Shown: positions 25,129-33,710 of the stretch, piece after piece
How positions within the stretch are numbered: position 1 is the stretch's first letter
Layout: each line of letters opens with the position of its first letter
From: a virus
DNA length: 36,603 nucleotides
Strand: one strand, 5' to 3'
IMG/VR virus record: IMGVR_UViG_2895706988_000001
Location: 1 to 36,603 of that record
Translations under genes and position numbers: made by a program
The notes under the pieces: model-generated
Told to the model about the DNA's origin: nothing
Seen by the model: only the letters and a program-made list of their open reading frames with translations
Database searches by the model: none

Positions 25129-25677
25129 CTAATATACAAATTCAAAGTTAGTCATAGCTTCGTCTATGCTATCCTGTGTTATACCAATGTATTTTAATGT
25201 TATAGCTTCACTACTATGATTAAATATCTTCTGCAGTGTAGCAACGTCTTTCGTTCCTTTGTAATAATGATATCCAAATGTTTTACGCATGCTGTGTGTT
25301 CCAATGGATTCCAGGTCAAAGTAATCTGTTAGCTCTCTTAATATCTTATATGACATGTCTCTGCTAATAGGCTTGTTAAATCCTTGTCTAGATTTAATTA
25401 TAAATTCTTCTGGCGGCTTACCTTTAATAAAATCATTGAGCGGTCCTTTTAAGTTCTTATGGATCACTATCTTACGTTGCTTACCTGTCTTTTGTTCTCG
25501 TAAACGAATCGTGTTGCCCTGCACTGATGAAACTCTTAACTGTAGAATATCAGATATTCTTAGACCACAATATATTCCAATCAAAAATAGAATATAATTA
25601 CGCTCATTCTTTTCTTTCAGATGTCTTTCAATGGCTATTATCATATCTGGATTACGAATAGGCTCTACAAAGTTCAT
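25129..25677 (-). CDS. Tyrosine recombinase-like protein, catalytic domain only (not the lysogeny integrase)
   Basis: 182 aa. Candidate catalytic residues are R40 (GLRISD), K63/K66 (EQKTGK), H128-x-x-R131 (HSMRKTFG), H154 (NHSS) and Y163 (LKYIG). There is no N-terminal core-binding domain. The start overlaps the ArpU stop (TAATG). Confidence 0.8.
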   Translation of the reverse strand: MNFVEPIRNPDMIIAIERHLKEKNERNYILFLIGIYCGLRISDILQLRVSSVQGNTIRLREQKTGKQRKIVIHKNLKGPLNDFIKGKPPEEFIIKSRQGFNKPISRDMSYKILRELTDYFDLESIGTHSMRKTFGYHYYKGTKDVATLQKIFNHSSEAITLKYIGITQDSIDEAMTNFEFVY

Positions 25678-26126
25678 TACTCAGCCACCTCCGAATACTC
25701 TTCTAATCCCAGGTAGAAAGCAAGTCGTATAATAGCATCATTCTTAATCTCATAGTACTTCGTCTTCCCTACACCTAATTCTGTATAAATATCAACATCT
25801 ATACCTCGTTCTTCCTGAAGATACTTATTAACGATAATATACTTTTCGTCAGGCTTTAAGTTGTCGATAGCATTATGCAGCTTATCCATTAGTTGCTGCC
25901 TTTCTATCATCATTTGCTCACGTTCAATATTCTTTGCTACACTCGACTCAATCTTATTCAGATCCATCACAGTTGTTGGTGGTTCTAAACTAAATGACTG
26001 AGTGACAGATGGATAACTTCTGATTGGCATAAGGCTTAATAGTCTGTTGTACTTGTTAAAAAGGTTATATACATTCTTTCTTGTTTGAATAAAATCCAGG
26101 TTCTTAATCTCTAATAATAAAGTCAT
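25677..26126 (-). CDS. ArpU-family late-gene transcriptional regulator
   Basis: 149 aa. The C-terminal HTH-like ELGVGKTKYYEIKNDAIIRLAFYLGL and overall pattern match ArpU/RinA-type phage late activators. Confidence 0.8.
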   Translation of the reverse strand: MTLLLEIKNLDFIQTRKNVYNLFNKYNRLLSLMPIRSYPSVTQSFSLEPPTTVMDLNKIESSVAKNIEREQMMIERQQLMDKLHNAIDNLKPDEKYIIVNKYLQEERGIDVDIYTELGVGKTKYYEIKNDAIIRLAFYLGLEEYSEVAE

Positions 26127-26198
26127 TTAGTAACCTCCATGATTCTGATATAATATAGGTGTCGAGTATATTACCTCAGAGCCATGAAGGCTCTTTTT

Positions 26199-26411
26199 TT
26201 ATGACCGCTTCAAGTGTTTGTTATCCCTAAACGCTACTCTCAATTTACTAACTGCTTCACCAATTTTATTAAATGCTTTGTTAGCCATGAAGCTTATGGC
26301 TTTCACAATATTAAACCTAGCTTCTAATTCATCATAAGATCGTGTTACTTTATGCTTTTTCTTCTGTCCTGTATAAGCCCAATAAATTGCTCTATGTCTT
26401 CTGCTCTTCAT
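26199..26411 (-). CDS. Hypothetical basic protein
   Basis: 70-aa ORF overlapping the upstream stop. Confidence 0.55.
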   Translation of the reverse strand: MKSRRHRAIYWAYTGQKKKHKVTRSYDELEARFNIVKAISFMANKAFNKIGEAVSKLRVAFRDNKHLKRS

Positions 26412-26665
26412 TCCTCATTCTCCTTTTTTTCAGGTTCCCAGGGCATCACTTCATCGATTGTTATATAGTTTGGATGTTCGTCTTTATTCACTTCTTCAAC
26501 ATCTACTATTTCTTTCGTGATTTTTACGTTATCAGGGTGACTATTCATTACCTGCATAGCTCTTTCTTTTGCATGTCCTATGTCTTGTGCTTCAACAATG
26601 CAGAATGGATGAAAGAAGAACACACCTTTTATAATCTCGAATGTTACTTTGTATATTTTAGTCAC
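26408..26665 (-). CDS. Hypothetical protein
   Basis: 85-aa ORF. RBS GAGGAGAGAGGG lies upstream. Confidence 0.65.
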   Translation of the reverse strand: MTKIYKVTFEIIKGVFFFHPFCIVEAQDIGHAKERAMQVMNSHPDNVKITKEIVDVEEVNKDEHPNYITIDEVMPWEPEKKENEE

Positions 26666-26700
26666 AATCCCTCTCTCCTCTCGTGAGAAACAATCTTTTT

Positions 26701-26973
26701 TTAAAACATATCTGATTGAATTTCTTCTACTTTCTCTTTCATCTTTTTAATCAATTCTTCATTGTTATTTGCCTGACCATATCCTCGCTCGTAGGCATAC
26801 CTTGTAAACCATCGAGCAAATACTCCCATGTGTTCTTCACATAAATCAATAGGACAACTCATCTCCGCGTAAACTTCTCCGTTTAAATGTGTCACTTCAT
26901 ACCAACTTCCGTCTGCATACCCTCCGCACACATCACATACATATTCTTCTACCTGTTTCGTCTTAATTGCCAT
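26701..26973 (-). CDS. Hypothetical Cys-containing protein (CDVCGG motif)
   Basis: 90-aa ORF with RBS AAGGAGGAAA. Confidence 0.65.
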   Translation of the reverse strand: MAIKTKQVEEYVCDVCGGYADGSWYEVTHLNGEVYAEMSCPIDLCEEHMGVFARWFTRYAYERGYGQANNNEELIKKMKEKVEEIQSDMF

Positions 26974-27036
26974 CTCTCATTTCCTCCTTGTGATTTTCAA
27001 CTTAGGTTATTCAAGTTATGTGATAAAAGTTTAATT

Positions 27037-27240
27037 TTATTCTGTAATCTTACTTGCATAATATATAGGACTTAATCCTAAAGTTACTTTGATTTCTTTT
27101 TCACAACTAGGACATTCTGTTACACATTCATCTCCATCATCATTTAACGGAAGTTCCCAACAATCCTCATCTTTATAATTGCAATAAGGACATATCAGTT
27201 TACTACCACTTGTTTCAAAACCATTGAACATAAATTTCAT
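27037..27240 (-). CDS. Small zinc-ribbon protein
   Basis: 67 aa with CPYC...CPSC (two CxxC pairs). Confidence 0.65.
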   Translation of the reverse strand: MKFMFNGFETSGSKLICPYCNYKDEDCWELPLNDDGDECVTECPSCEKEIKVTLGLSPIYYASKITE

Positions 27241-27244
27241 CCCC

Positions 27245-27484
27245 CTAAATTAAATTCAACTGTTCGTTATTTCCGTAGTGATTGTAGACTTCATCTTCTG
27301 TCTTAAATATTCCGATGATTATGTTCTCTCTCACTTCCAGGCTGATAATGAGTCCTGCATCGTTGAATGCATACAGGACTTTATTCATATGTTCTTCTTT
27401 CGGCTTTCTGCGCTTTACAATGTACTTGTTGTAAATCTCTTTAAACTCTTCTGTATTGAGTTTGATTATTTCAGTTACCATCAC
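27245..27484 (-). CDS. Hypothetical protein
   Basis: 79-aa ORF with RBS AAAGGAGTAAG. Confidence 0.65.
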   Translation of the reverse strand: MMVTEIIKLNTEEFKEIYNKYIVKRRKPKEEHMNKVLYAFNDAGLIISLEVRENIIIGIFKTEDEVYNHYGNNEQLNLI

Positions 27485-27493
27485 TTACTCCTT

Positions 27494-27736
27494 TCAATCA
27501 AATAATGATGTCTGTAATCCAGGCACATAATTGACCTTCGTTTCATAAAACTTTTCCAGATCGCCGATTGTATTAAATTGCTCAACGTATACTTCACCAT
27601 CATTAACATCAAGTACGATATAGGTATCATCTTCTACTGTGAACATGATGTTGTTATTGTCGTTAGTCTCCCAATTGCTAAATCTGTATTTATTAAATAA
27701 TCGAATCCACTTTCTATATTCTAAGAATTTAATCAT
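27494..27736 (-). CDS. Hypothetical protein (start trimmed to internal ATG)
   Basis: The ORF-track N-terminus (to 27823) overlaps a better-supported small ORF in another frame. ATG 27736 gives 80 aa. Confidence 0.55.
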   Translation of the reverse strand: MIKFLEYRKWIRLFNKYRFSNWETNDNNNIMFTVEDDTYIVLDVNDGEVYVEQFNTIGDLEKFYETKVNYVPGLQTSLFD

Positions 27737-27746
27737 CTTGCACCCA

Positions 27747-27899
27747 CTATACGATTGTAAAATCATCACTAAATGCTGTCTTAGGAATCCCGCCTGATAT
27801 GCCCCAACCTTTAAAGTAAACATGTGATTTGCTGCATCCAGTTATCACGTATAAATTACCTGTATTTTTACATTTAATATACTTACCTTTCTTAAACAT
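27747..27899 (-). CDS. Small hypothetical protein (50 aa, below ORF-track cutoff)
   Basis: ATG 27899 is preceded by AGGAGTGA. It translates to MFKKGKYIKCKNTGNLYVITGCSKSHVYFKGWGISGGIPKTAFSDDFTIV. Confidence 0.55.
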   Translation of the reverse strand: MFKKGKYIKCKNTGNLYVITGCSKSHVYFKGWGISGGIPKTAFSDDFTIV

Positions 27900-27909
27900 A
27901 TGATCACTC

Positions 27910-28422
27910 CTATATGTTTGTGTCCTTAGCGTTCAAGTAATCAAAATAATAACCATTCTGTGTCTTAATAACTTCTTTGTTCTGTTTAAACCACTGATAT
28001 GGAATACTCTTACGTTCTAATGATTCTTTTAACGTCATATATTCGTCTATATGGATTTGATATAATTCGTTAAAGTTGCGAAAGAATATAAGGATAAACG
28101 CTATGCCATTCAACTGCTTCACATCGCTTAAATATTCTTCCTGATGCTGCTTAACATTTTTGAAAGGAAAGCTCGACTGCTGACATTCCTTTGTATCAAA
28201 TGCTATAAATTGTCCTGTATGATATATGCCTACAAAGTCAACGATTGACTTCTCTGTATATTTCGCTCCTATAAGCTTGTCACCTTTTCTCGTTACTGCT
28301 GTTGGTGTTGGAACTTTAGTCACTAGTGCTATATTTCTATGCCTGTACATGTTATTCGTCTGTGTAATCCTATTCTCTAACCATCTGCCTCTAAAGCCTT
28401 GTTTATTATAATGTGCTACCAT
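27910..28422 (-). CDS. recU: RecU-type Holliday junction resolvase
   Basis: 170 aa. Motifs GRWLENRITQTNNMY, ALVTKVPTP, DFVGIY and FDTKE resemble Bacillus RecU. Confidence 0.85.
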   Translation of the reverse strand: MVAHYNKQGFRGRWLENRITQTNNMYRHRNIALVTKVPTPTAVTRKGDKLIGAKYTEKSIVDFVGIYHTGQFIAFDTKECQQSSFPFKNVKQHQEEYLSDVKQLNGIAFILIFFRNFNELYQIHIDEYMTLKESLERKSIPYQWFKQNKEVIKTQNGYYFDYLNAKDTNI

Positions 28423-28448
28423 TTAACACCTCTTATTGATAAATGAAA

Positions 28449-28476
28449 GATTAGAAGCGGCTAACCGCTTCTAATC
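28449..28476 (-). terminator. Perfect 12-bp hairpin upstream of recU (terminator/attenuator or processing site)
   Basis: gattagaagcgg ctaa ccgcttctaatc, with moderately U-rich sequence on both sides. Confidence 0.5.
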
Positions 28477-28617
28477 ATTTATTCAGTAGTTCTCTTACTC
28501 GTTCTAATATGTCTTTCTTTTCTTTATCGTTATTCTTGTTCATCTTCATTTCTTCTTTCGATTAATTTAACTGATTGCTTAACTGTCCTCTGAAACTGTT
28601 TCAAATACTTCTTAGAC

Positions 28618-29151
28618 TTAATCGTTGTTTTCGAGATCTGATGCTTTAACGAATGTTCCATCTTTCATCTCGCCCTTTCTATCTTTGATTTCGTTATATG
28701 CCATTTCAATACATTCAATAAAATCTAAGTTTTTAACCTGACAGACCGTAAATAAATCTTCTAGTACCCATGTCACTTGTAAGCGAGTATTATTGTTGTT
28801 ATCACTGTATATAGTGTCAGCTGCTAACATTCCAATTTTCTGCATTAACTTTACACTGTATAGAGTTGAGTCATTGTCATTATCTTCATAACTTCTTTGA
28901 GTAACATTAAAAGCTTCTAGTACTTCATTAATTTCTATTCCTTTTTGTTGGCAATAAATGATTATTACAACAAATACATCACCAACTGCATCCTTCACTA
29001 AATCAATCTTCTTTTTAGCGATACCAGCAAATAGTTCTCCTGCTTCTTCTCCGAGTTTCAATATCTGCTTACGTGGATCTTTATCATGTAGTCCTCGTTC
29101 TGTAGACCATTCTCTTATAAGTTCTGCATATTTTATTAATTCATTTGTCAT
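28618..29151 (-). CDS. MazG-like nucleotide pyrophosphohydrolase
   Basis: 177 aa with the EEAGELFAGIAKKK ... DAVGDVFVVIIIY pattern of all-alpha NTP-PPases. Confidence 0.7.
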   Translation of the reverse strand: MTNELIKYAELIREWSTERGLHDKDPRKQILKLGEEAGELFAGIAKKKIDLVKDAVGDVFVVIIIYCQQKGIEINEVLEAFNVTQRSYEDNDNDSTLYSVKLMQKIGMLAADTIYSDNNNNTRLQVTWVLEDLFTVCQVKNLDFIECIEMAYNEIKDRKGEMKDGTFVKASDLENND

Positions 29152-29164
29152 TGTTCATTCTCCT

Positions 29165-29407
29165 TTAGTTATAGATTGGTTGAAGTGGCCAGACATAGAC
29201 CTCTTTAAATTCTTTTGTATTCATAAATCCATTTATTTCATAGGCTACTGCGTTCCAGGTATGACCTCTAAAGCACTTTCTGCTTTCTCTACCGCTTTTA
29301 TCTCTAATCACACAGCGTAACTCTTTTGTCTTCTCGTCTTCTGTCACCACTTTGCTATCAATCAACCCTGTAAATTGACTGATTATAGCTTTTGCGTATC
29401 TGTCCAT
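29165..29407 (-). CDS. Hypothetical protein (start trimmed)
   Basis: ATG 29407 is preceded by AAAGGAG. The longer ORF-track version overlaps the upstream gene by 89 nt. Confidence 0.6.
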   Translation of the reverse strand: MDRYAKAIISQFTGLIDSKVVTEDEKTKELRCVIRDKSGRESRKCFRGHTWNAVAYEINGFMNTKEFKEVYVWPLQPIYN

Positions 29408-29420
29408 ATATTTTTCTCCT

Positions 29421-29672
29421 TTACATAAAATCGAATAATGTCGCTTGTCTTTCAGGTCTAACGTTCTTGTATTCAACTTGTAGATCCTCATCCAAGAAAA
29501 AACCTTCAATTGCTAGTAACTTTCCTTTATCGTCATAAGCGTTATACATATCAAATGGACCAAAAGTACCACCATCTTCACTTTGTCTAAACTCAATGAC
29601 TGCAACGTTATTTACTCCAACTTCTAAACTTTTGTTATTTGTTGATACTTTGCTAATTACTTTATTCATCAC
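29421..29672 (-). CDS. Hypothetical protein
   Basis: 83-aa ORF with RBS GAGGTGTAAG. Confidence 0.65.
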   Translation of the reverse strand: MMNKVISKVSTNNKSLEVGVNNVAVIEFRQSEDGGTFGPFDMYNAYDDKGKLLAIEGFFLDEDLQVEYKNVRPERQATLFDFM

Positions 29673-29679
29673 TTACACC

Positions 29680-30021
29680 TCAATATCCAGCTGAAATATA
29701 TGTTTTATTTAAGATGCCTTTAATTTGGTCTGTGTATCCAAATATTTCGACCATATTTTGATAGAATTCTTGATTTTGATTTAAATATTCGAGATATTCT
29801 TTTTTCATCGGCATGTTATATCTAAAATAATTTCTGATATCCGCTTCTTTCTCGTCTCTCTTTTGTGGTACTGAACCATCCCATTGAATTGCTGCATTTT
29901 CATGTGTATGCCCAGACCTTAACCTTTGTCTGTATTTATACTCTTTAATCCCATTTTCATTAGCTACTTTTAAGTATTTGAAATATTGTCTGTCATAAGT
30001 TATTTGGTATACTTTTGACAA
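29680..30021 (-). CDS. Hypothetical protein
   Basis: 113-aa ORF with RBS AGAGGTGG. Confidence 0.65.
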   Translation of the reverse strand: MSKVYQITYDRQYFKYLKVANENGIKEYKYRQRLRSGHTHENAAIQWDGSVPQKRDEKEADIRNYFRYNMPMKKEYLEYLNQNQEFYQNMVEIFGYTDQIKGILNKTYISAGY

Positions 30022-30034
30022 TTAAACCACCTCT

Positions 30035-30517
30035 TTAAAACGGTAAATCATCATCGCTAATATCAATTGGCCCTTCAGCATTTGAAAAAGGATTATTAGT
30101 AGGCATTGTTTCCTGAGCTTTCTTATCACGTGCTGTATAATCGTTAGTTTGTTGCGCTTGTGGATATTCATTGTATTGATCTGCACCATTTCTTGAATTT
30201 TTAGGCTCTAGGAATTGAACTGACTCACATACAACTTCAGTAACAAATACACGTCTGCCTTCTTGATTGTCATAGCTACGTGATTGTAATCTGCCATCGA
30301 CACCAGCTAAGCTCCCTTTATGCAAGTAAGTATTTACGTTTTCTGCTTGCTTTCTGAATACGATGCAGTTTATAAAGTCTGCTTGTCGTTCTCCCTGCGC
30401 ATTAGTGAATATGCGATTAACTGCTAATGTGAACGATGCTATAGCTACTCCAGACTGAGTAACTCGATATTCAGGATCCTTTGTTAAACGTCCTACAAGG
30501 ACTACTCTATTTATCAT
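30035..30517 (-). CDS. ssb: Single-stranded DNA-binding protein
   Basis: OB-fold N-terminus [16 protein letters not shown] and an acidic tail ending DDDLPF. Confidence 0.95.
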   Translation of the reverse strand: MINRVVLVGRLTKDPEYRVTQSGVAIASFTLAVNRIFTNAQGERQADFINCIVFRKQAENVNTYLHKGSLAGVDGRLQSRSYDNQEGRRVFVTEVVCESVQFLEPKNSRNGADQYNEYPQAQQTNDYTARDKKAQETMPTNNPFSNAEGPIDISDDDLPF

Positions 30518-30900
30518 TTTTTGTAATACTCCTTTAAATATTCTGATTCATAACCATGTCTCTCGATATCTAACACCGCTTCTAATTTGCTAGTAGGGAT
30601 ATTGATAAATCTGTAATCATAATTTTCAAGTATTAAATCAGGATTCAAACTGTTTACAGCATCTTGTCCCCACTTCTTTCTAATTGCTTTATCAAGATTT
30701 TTCATATCTTCATACCAATTTTTAAAGGTTTCTTCATCAGCAGGTTTTGAATCGTTCTCCCAAACCATATACGCCCTTTCAATATCTTTAAGTTCTACAT
30801 CTCCATATTCATCGTCGTAGTTTGGCCACTCGTGATAATTGGAACACATGTAACGTTCTTTTTTATTTTTACGTTCGAATACCATTACTTTGATTGTCAT
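30514..30900 (-). CDS. Hypothetical acidic protein
   Basis: 128-aa ORF overlapping the ssb start. Confidence 0.65.
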   Translation of the reverse strand: MTIKVMVFERKNKKERYMCSNYHEWPNYDDEYGDVELKDIERAYMVWENDSKPADEETFKNWYEDMKNLDKAIRKKWGQDAVNSLNPDLILENYDYRFINIPTSKLEAVLDIERHGYESEYLKEYYKK

Positions 30901-30955
30901 CCAGGTGATCTCCTTTTCTATTTATAGTTTTGTTATCTTTTGTAACTTTTTACTG

Positions 30956-30994
30956 TATAATTTTCTTAATCTGATTAAGAAAGGTGGTGAAATC
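30956..30994 (+). promoter_or_regulatory. Conserved promoter/hairpin/RBS block, copy B
   Basis: TATAAT (30956-30961), inverted repeat TTCTTAA-N5-TTAAGAA (30963-30981), RBS AAGGTGGTGA. Two identical runs of 16 and 17 nt are shared with 33672-33710. Confidence 0.65.
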
Positions 30995-31282
30995 ATGTAC
31001 GAAAAAATGACTAAAAATTATCCTTTTGAATTGTTCTTTGATAAAAGAACTGGTCAAGAAATAAAATTCAATTTGGAAACACCATGGGTAGATGAAGATA
31101 AGTTTTGGGAACAATCTAATACTGAAGTTCTTTTGGATTTTAATGGCTCTAAAGTTATTAAGTCTGACTATGATAACGGCTTTAAGGTAATCTTTATCGA
31201 AACTCCTGATTGTTATTGCATTAAAACCAATTGGGAATTAGATAGTATGCCTGGTGGCAATTATTTACCTAGAATCCAATAG
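30995..31282 (+). CDS. Hypothetical protein, antisense-oriented moron B
   Basis: ATG 30995 follows AAGGTGGTGA. The ORF-track start 30890 has no RBS. 95 aa, no family recognised. Confidence 0.7.
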   Translation: MYEKMTKNYPFELFFDKRTGQEIKFNLETPWVDEDKFWEQSNTEVLLDFNGSKVIKSDYDNGFKVIFIETPDCYCIKTNWELDSMPGGNYLPRIQ

Positions 31283-31421
31283 TTCTATTTTCTTTTAAGA
31301 TATCTTCTAAAGTTTTACTCCCTAGTTTGATGGTAGGCTTTTTTCTGTATATAGCTCTCTTAATCTCCTCCGCCAAGATGACGATTAAGAGAGCTATTTT
31401 TAATGCTTGTAAATTTCTCAT
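31269..31421 (-). CDS. Small protein (50 aa, below cutoff) convergent with moron B
   Basis: ATG 31421 is preceded by AGGAGG at 7 nt. It translates to MRNLQALKIALLIVILAEEIKRAIYRKKPTIKLGSKTLEDILKENRTIGF and overlaps the plus-strand gene by 14 nt. Confidence 0.55.
   Translation of the reverse strand: MRNLQALKIALLIVILAEEIKRAIYRKKPTIKLGSKTLEDILKENRTIGF
31351..31401 (+). terminator. Unidirectional intrinsic terminator of moron B
   Basis: Perfect 14-bp stem atagctctcttaat/attaagagagctat, followed by TTTT on the plus strand only. Confidence 0.7.
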
Positions 31422-31422
31422 C

Positions 31423-31740
31423 TCACATCCTCCTTTCGCTGATTTTATTAACCGCTATACTCAACGTCTGACCTTCATACTTCTTCTTTACTTCTTCCAC
31501 TGCTTCCTCAACAGATTCAGCTTTAACAATCTGACTTAAGTTTGTAATTACTGTGTTCTTTCTCTTACTTAGTAAGTCATAATACACTTTGAAATACTTT
31601 GTGGACCTGGAGGACTCATCAATCATGAAGCGGTTCATTACGCCATCTACATCTCTTTTTTCGATAGCCTTACCGTCCAATATGTCTAGTAACTGCTTTT
31701 TGGTGAATGTCACTTCTTTATGCATGACGTTTGATACCAC
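31423..31740 (-). CDS. Hypothetical protein
   Basis: 105-aa ORF from GTG 31740. An alternative ATG at 31725 lies downstream of GAAGGTGG. Confidence 0.65.
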   Translation of the reverse strand: MVSNVMHKEVTFTKKQLLDILDGKAIEKRDVDGVMNRFMIDESSRSTKYFKVYYDLLSKRKNTVITNLSQIVKAESVEEAVEEVKKKYEGQTLSIAVNKISERRM

Positions 31741-32719
31741 CTTCGCTCTCGAACTCTCTTGCGCTTTCTTCGAGCTCTTTTCTTAACTTCTCACGTTCCT
31801 TTTCAAGATCATCATCGCTTAGTTCATTAGAATTTTGACGATTAGCTTCAGCCGGCTTACTTTCATGTTCAAGCCATTTAGGAGTTATCTCTCTTGATTG
31901 ATTGTTTTTATATTTAAGACGGTTCATCGCTTTTTCTTGAGCTTTCAATTCTGCTTGTTCTGCAGTTTTAATATTCTCAGCTCTGCATCTTTTCAAAATC
32001 GTATCAACATATCCATATCGAGTGGCCTTATTATTCGCTGCAATATCCATTACATACATCATCAGATCATAACCAAATTCTTTTAAGTCATCTGACATTG
32101 ATCGGATTATTGAGTTATTAGGAGTCTGATCTATGTTTTCTGTATAGAACTTATAAACTGATGCGAATTCTTTCTCCTCCACCGCCACCTGCTCTTCTTT
32201 GGTGGTGGTCTCTGGTATAGTCTCTGTAGTAGTCTCTGTGTAGTCTATGGTATTGGTTTGGTCAATCTGAACTTCTCCATTAGACCAATCTGACTCTTTC
32301 CTTTGGTCAATCTGAACTTCTCCATTGGGTCGTTTTGAACTACTCGTTTGGTCATTTTGACCTAATCGATTGTTCACTCGTTCTAACTCATCTAATTTTT
32401 CATAATCGATTGAGTACCAAAGCGTTTTATCAAACTTTGCTTTGTTATAATTGCCGATTAACACTAGCTCTTTTTTTGTTAGATTATTAATCGCTCTCTT
32501 GATTGTTGATTCACTCCAAAATGGAAACTGTTCTGCCCATCCTTTAACTGTGTTATAAATCCATATTCGTCCATCATGTTTATGATTACTTTTAGACAAC
32601 CAGTAATGCATCTGCTGTAATATGATTGCTTCATTTAGTCCTATATGCGATGCCAGAGTAGGCATCACTTGTATAGGATGTTCATCCATCAATAATTTAG
32701 ACATTAAATCCACCTTCAA
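31718..32719 (-). CDS. Replisome organizer / DnaD-like replication initiator
   Basis: 333 aa. The N-terminus (DEHPIQVMPTLASHIGLNEAIILQQMHYW) is a phage replisome-organizer domain. The C-terminal part (YGYVDTILKRCRAENIKT) is DnaD-like. Iterons lie inside the gene. Confidence 0.85.
   Translation of the reverse strand: MKVDLMSKLLMDEHPIQVMPTLASHIGLNEAIILQQMHYWLSKSNHKHDGRIWIYNTVKGWAEQFPFWSESTIKRAINNLTKKELVLIGNYNKAKFDKTLWYSIDYEKLDELERVNNRLGQNDQTSSSKRPNGEVQIDQRKESDWSNGEVQIDQTNTIDYTETTTETIPETTTKEEQVAVEEKEFASVYKFYTENIDQTPNNSIIRSMSDDLKEFGYDLMMYVMDIAANNKATRYGYVDTILKRCRAENIKTAEQAELKAQEKAMNRLKYKNNQSREITPKWLEHESKPAEANRQNSNELSDDDLEKEREKLRKELEESAREFESEGGIKRHA
32208..32360. repeat. Candidate origin of replication: two iteron sets inside the organizer gene
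   Basis: Five TTTGGTCAATCTGAAC-like iterons start at 32260, 32283, 32305, 32328 and 32350 (22-23 bp period). Two 25-mers are identical (32257-32281, 32302-32326). Four GTCT(C/A)TG repeats lie at 32208, 32220, 32232 and 32243. Confidence 0.7.
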
Positions 32720-32957
32720 TCTTTCTGGAATAATTCAATAAGCTTTGTAAATCATCGAATTTCTTATGAATTGTCATTTTCGTCTTACCAACACCATCAA
32801 CACCATACTTAACGACTTGCAATTTCCAATGTGATTCCTTTAAGAAAACAAAGAATTTACAATCTGGACATGTCTTAATCCATTCCAGGTTGTAACTCGT
32901 TGTTTCTTCAAAACCTGCTTCTTTTAGTAAGTCTGCATCTCCGAATCTAGCAACCAT
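32697..32957 (-). CDS. Hypothetical protein
   Basis: 86-aa ORF overlapping both neighbours. Confidence 0.6.
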   Translation of the reverse strand: MVARFGDADLLKEAGFEETTSYNLEWIKTCPDCKFFVFLKESHWKLQVVKYGVDGVGKTKMTIHKKFDDLQSLLNYSRKIEGGFNV

Positions 32958-33651
32958 TCACTTCACCTCTCAAATCCACTTCAATCTGATAAGCTACTTC
33001 GCTTTGTAATTGCCATGTCTCGATGAAACGAATTGCATCCTGGTACTTGCCACGCGGTATACTTTGATAATTAGGTACGTTAAATGCTGTATATAAACTT
33101 CTGTATAATGCTGAATATACTTTTCTACTAATTTTGCTAATCGGTATACCGTTGAATTGATTTTTCATTACTTCTGTTGCTTTTCTCTTAACAGTTTGAT
33201 GAATATGTTTTGATTCACCCGGAAAAACTGGTATAGATGTTTCTATAGCTTCAACACGTTCTACAAGTTCATTATTTCCCTGTGCGATTAATTGGATCTG
33301 CTCTTGTGTAGTTAAAGGCTTAACCTGGTATGAGCCTGTTTTTCTTAAAGTTGGTAGAACATCATCGAATACCCACTCTTCAAATTGTTGTGATGTTTCC
33401 AATTTAGAATTACTTATTAACCTATAAAGATTGCCTTCACTGATAAACTTCTTATTTTGGTTACCTCCAGCAGAAAGGACCTCGTGAAACACGACCCCCT
33501 TTTCATTTGCATGTCTTTTAATTGCATCATGTGGATTTGAATATCCTAATTTAAGTGCAACGTCTGTTGCTGGGAAAAACACCTTTCCCTCTCTCTCTAA
33601 AATCTGTAATGATCCAAATTGCTCATTATCAAATATTTTTAATTCGCTCAT
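32947..33651 (-). CDS. Antirepressor, N-terminal Bro-N domain
   Basis: 234 aa. IFDNEQFGSLQILEREGKVFFPATDVALKLGYSNPHDAIKRH is a typical Bro-N/KilA-type N-terminus. Confidence 0.85.
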   Translation of the reverse strand: MSELKIFDNEQFGSLQILEREGKVFFPATDVALKLGYSNPHDAIKRHANEKGVVFHEVLSAGGNQNKKFISEGNLYRLISNSKLETSQQFEEWVFDDVLPTLRKTGSYQVKPLTTQEQIQLIAQGNNELVERVEAIETSIPVFPGESKHIHQTVKRKATEVMKNQFNGIPISKISRKVYSALYRSLYTAFNVPNYQSIPRGKYQDAIRFIETWQLQSEVAYQIEVDLRGEVNGC

Positions 33652-33671
33652 ACTATCGCTCCTTTATTTGC

Positions 33672-33710
33672 TATAATTTTCTTAATCATTTAAGAAAGGT
33701 GGTGAAATAA
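33672..33710 (+). promoter_or_regulatory. Conserved promoter/hairpin/RBS block, copy A
   Basis: TGcTATAAT extended -10 (33669-33677), inverted repeat TTCTTAA-N4-TTAAGAA (33679-33696), RBS AAGGTGGTGA. Confidence 0.65.

Noticed and set aside
25129-25677. Calling the 182-aa recombinase the prophage integrase
   Set aside because: It lies in the lytic-strand operon 10 kb from the repressor arm and lacks DNA-binding N-domains. The lysogeny integrase is expected beyond position 36603.
26178-26200. 6-bp hairpin agagcc/ggctct followed by seven T on the plus strand, upstream of the ArpU-like gene
   Set aside because: The orientation is wrong for the minus-strand operon and the stem is weak. It may damp antisense transcription, but the evidence is insufficient to call a terminator.
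28475-28549. 24-aa ORF (MKMNKNNDKEKKDILERVRELLNK) upstream of the 12-bp hairpin
   Set aside because: It has only a weak purine-rich RBS, is very short and low-complexity, and its end overlaps the hairpin.
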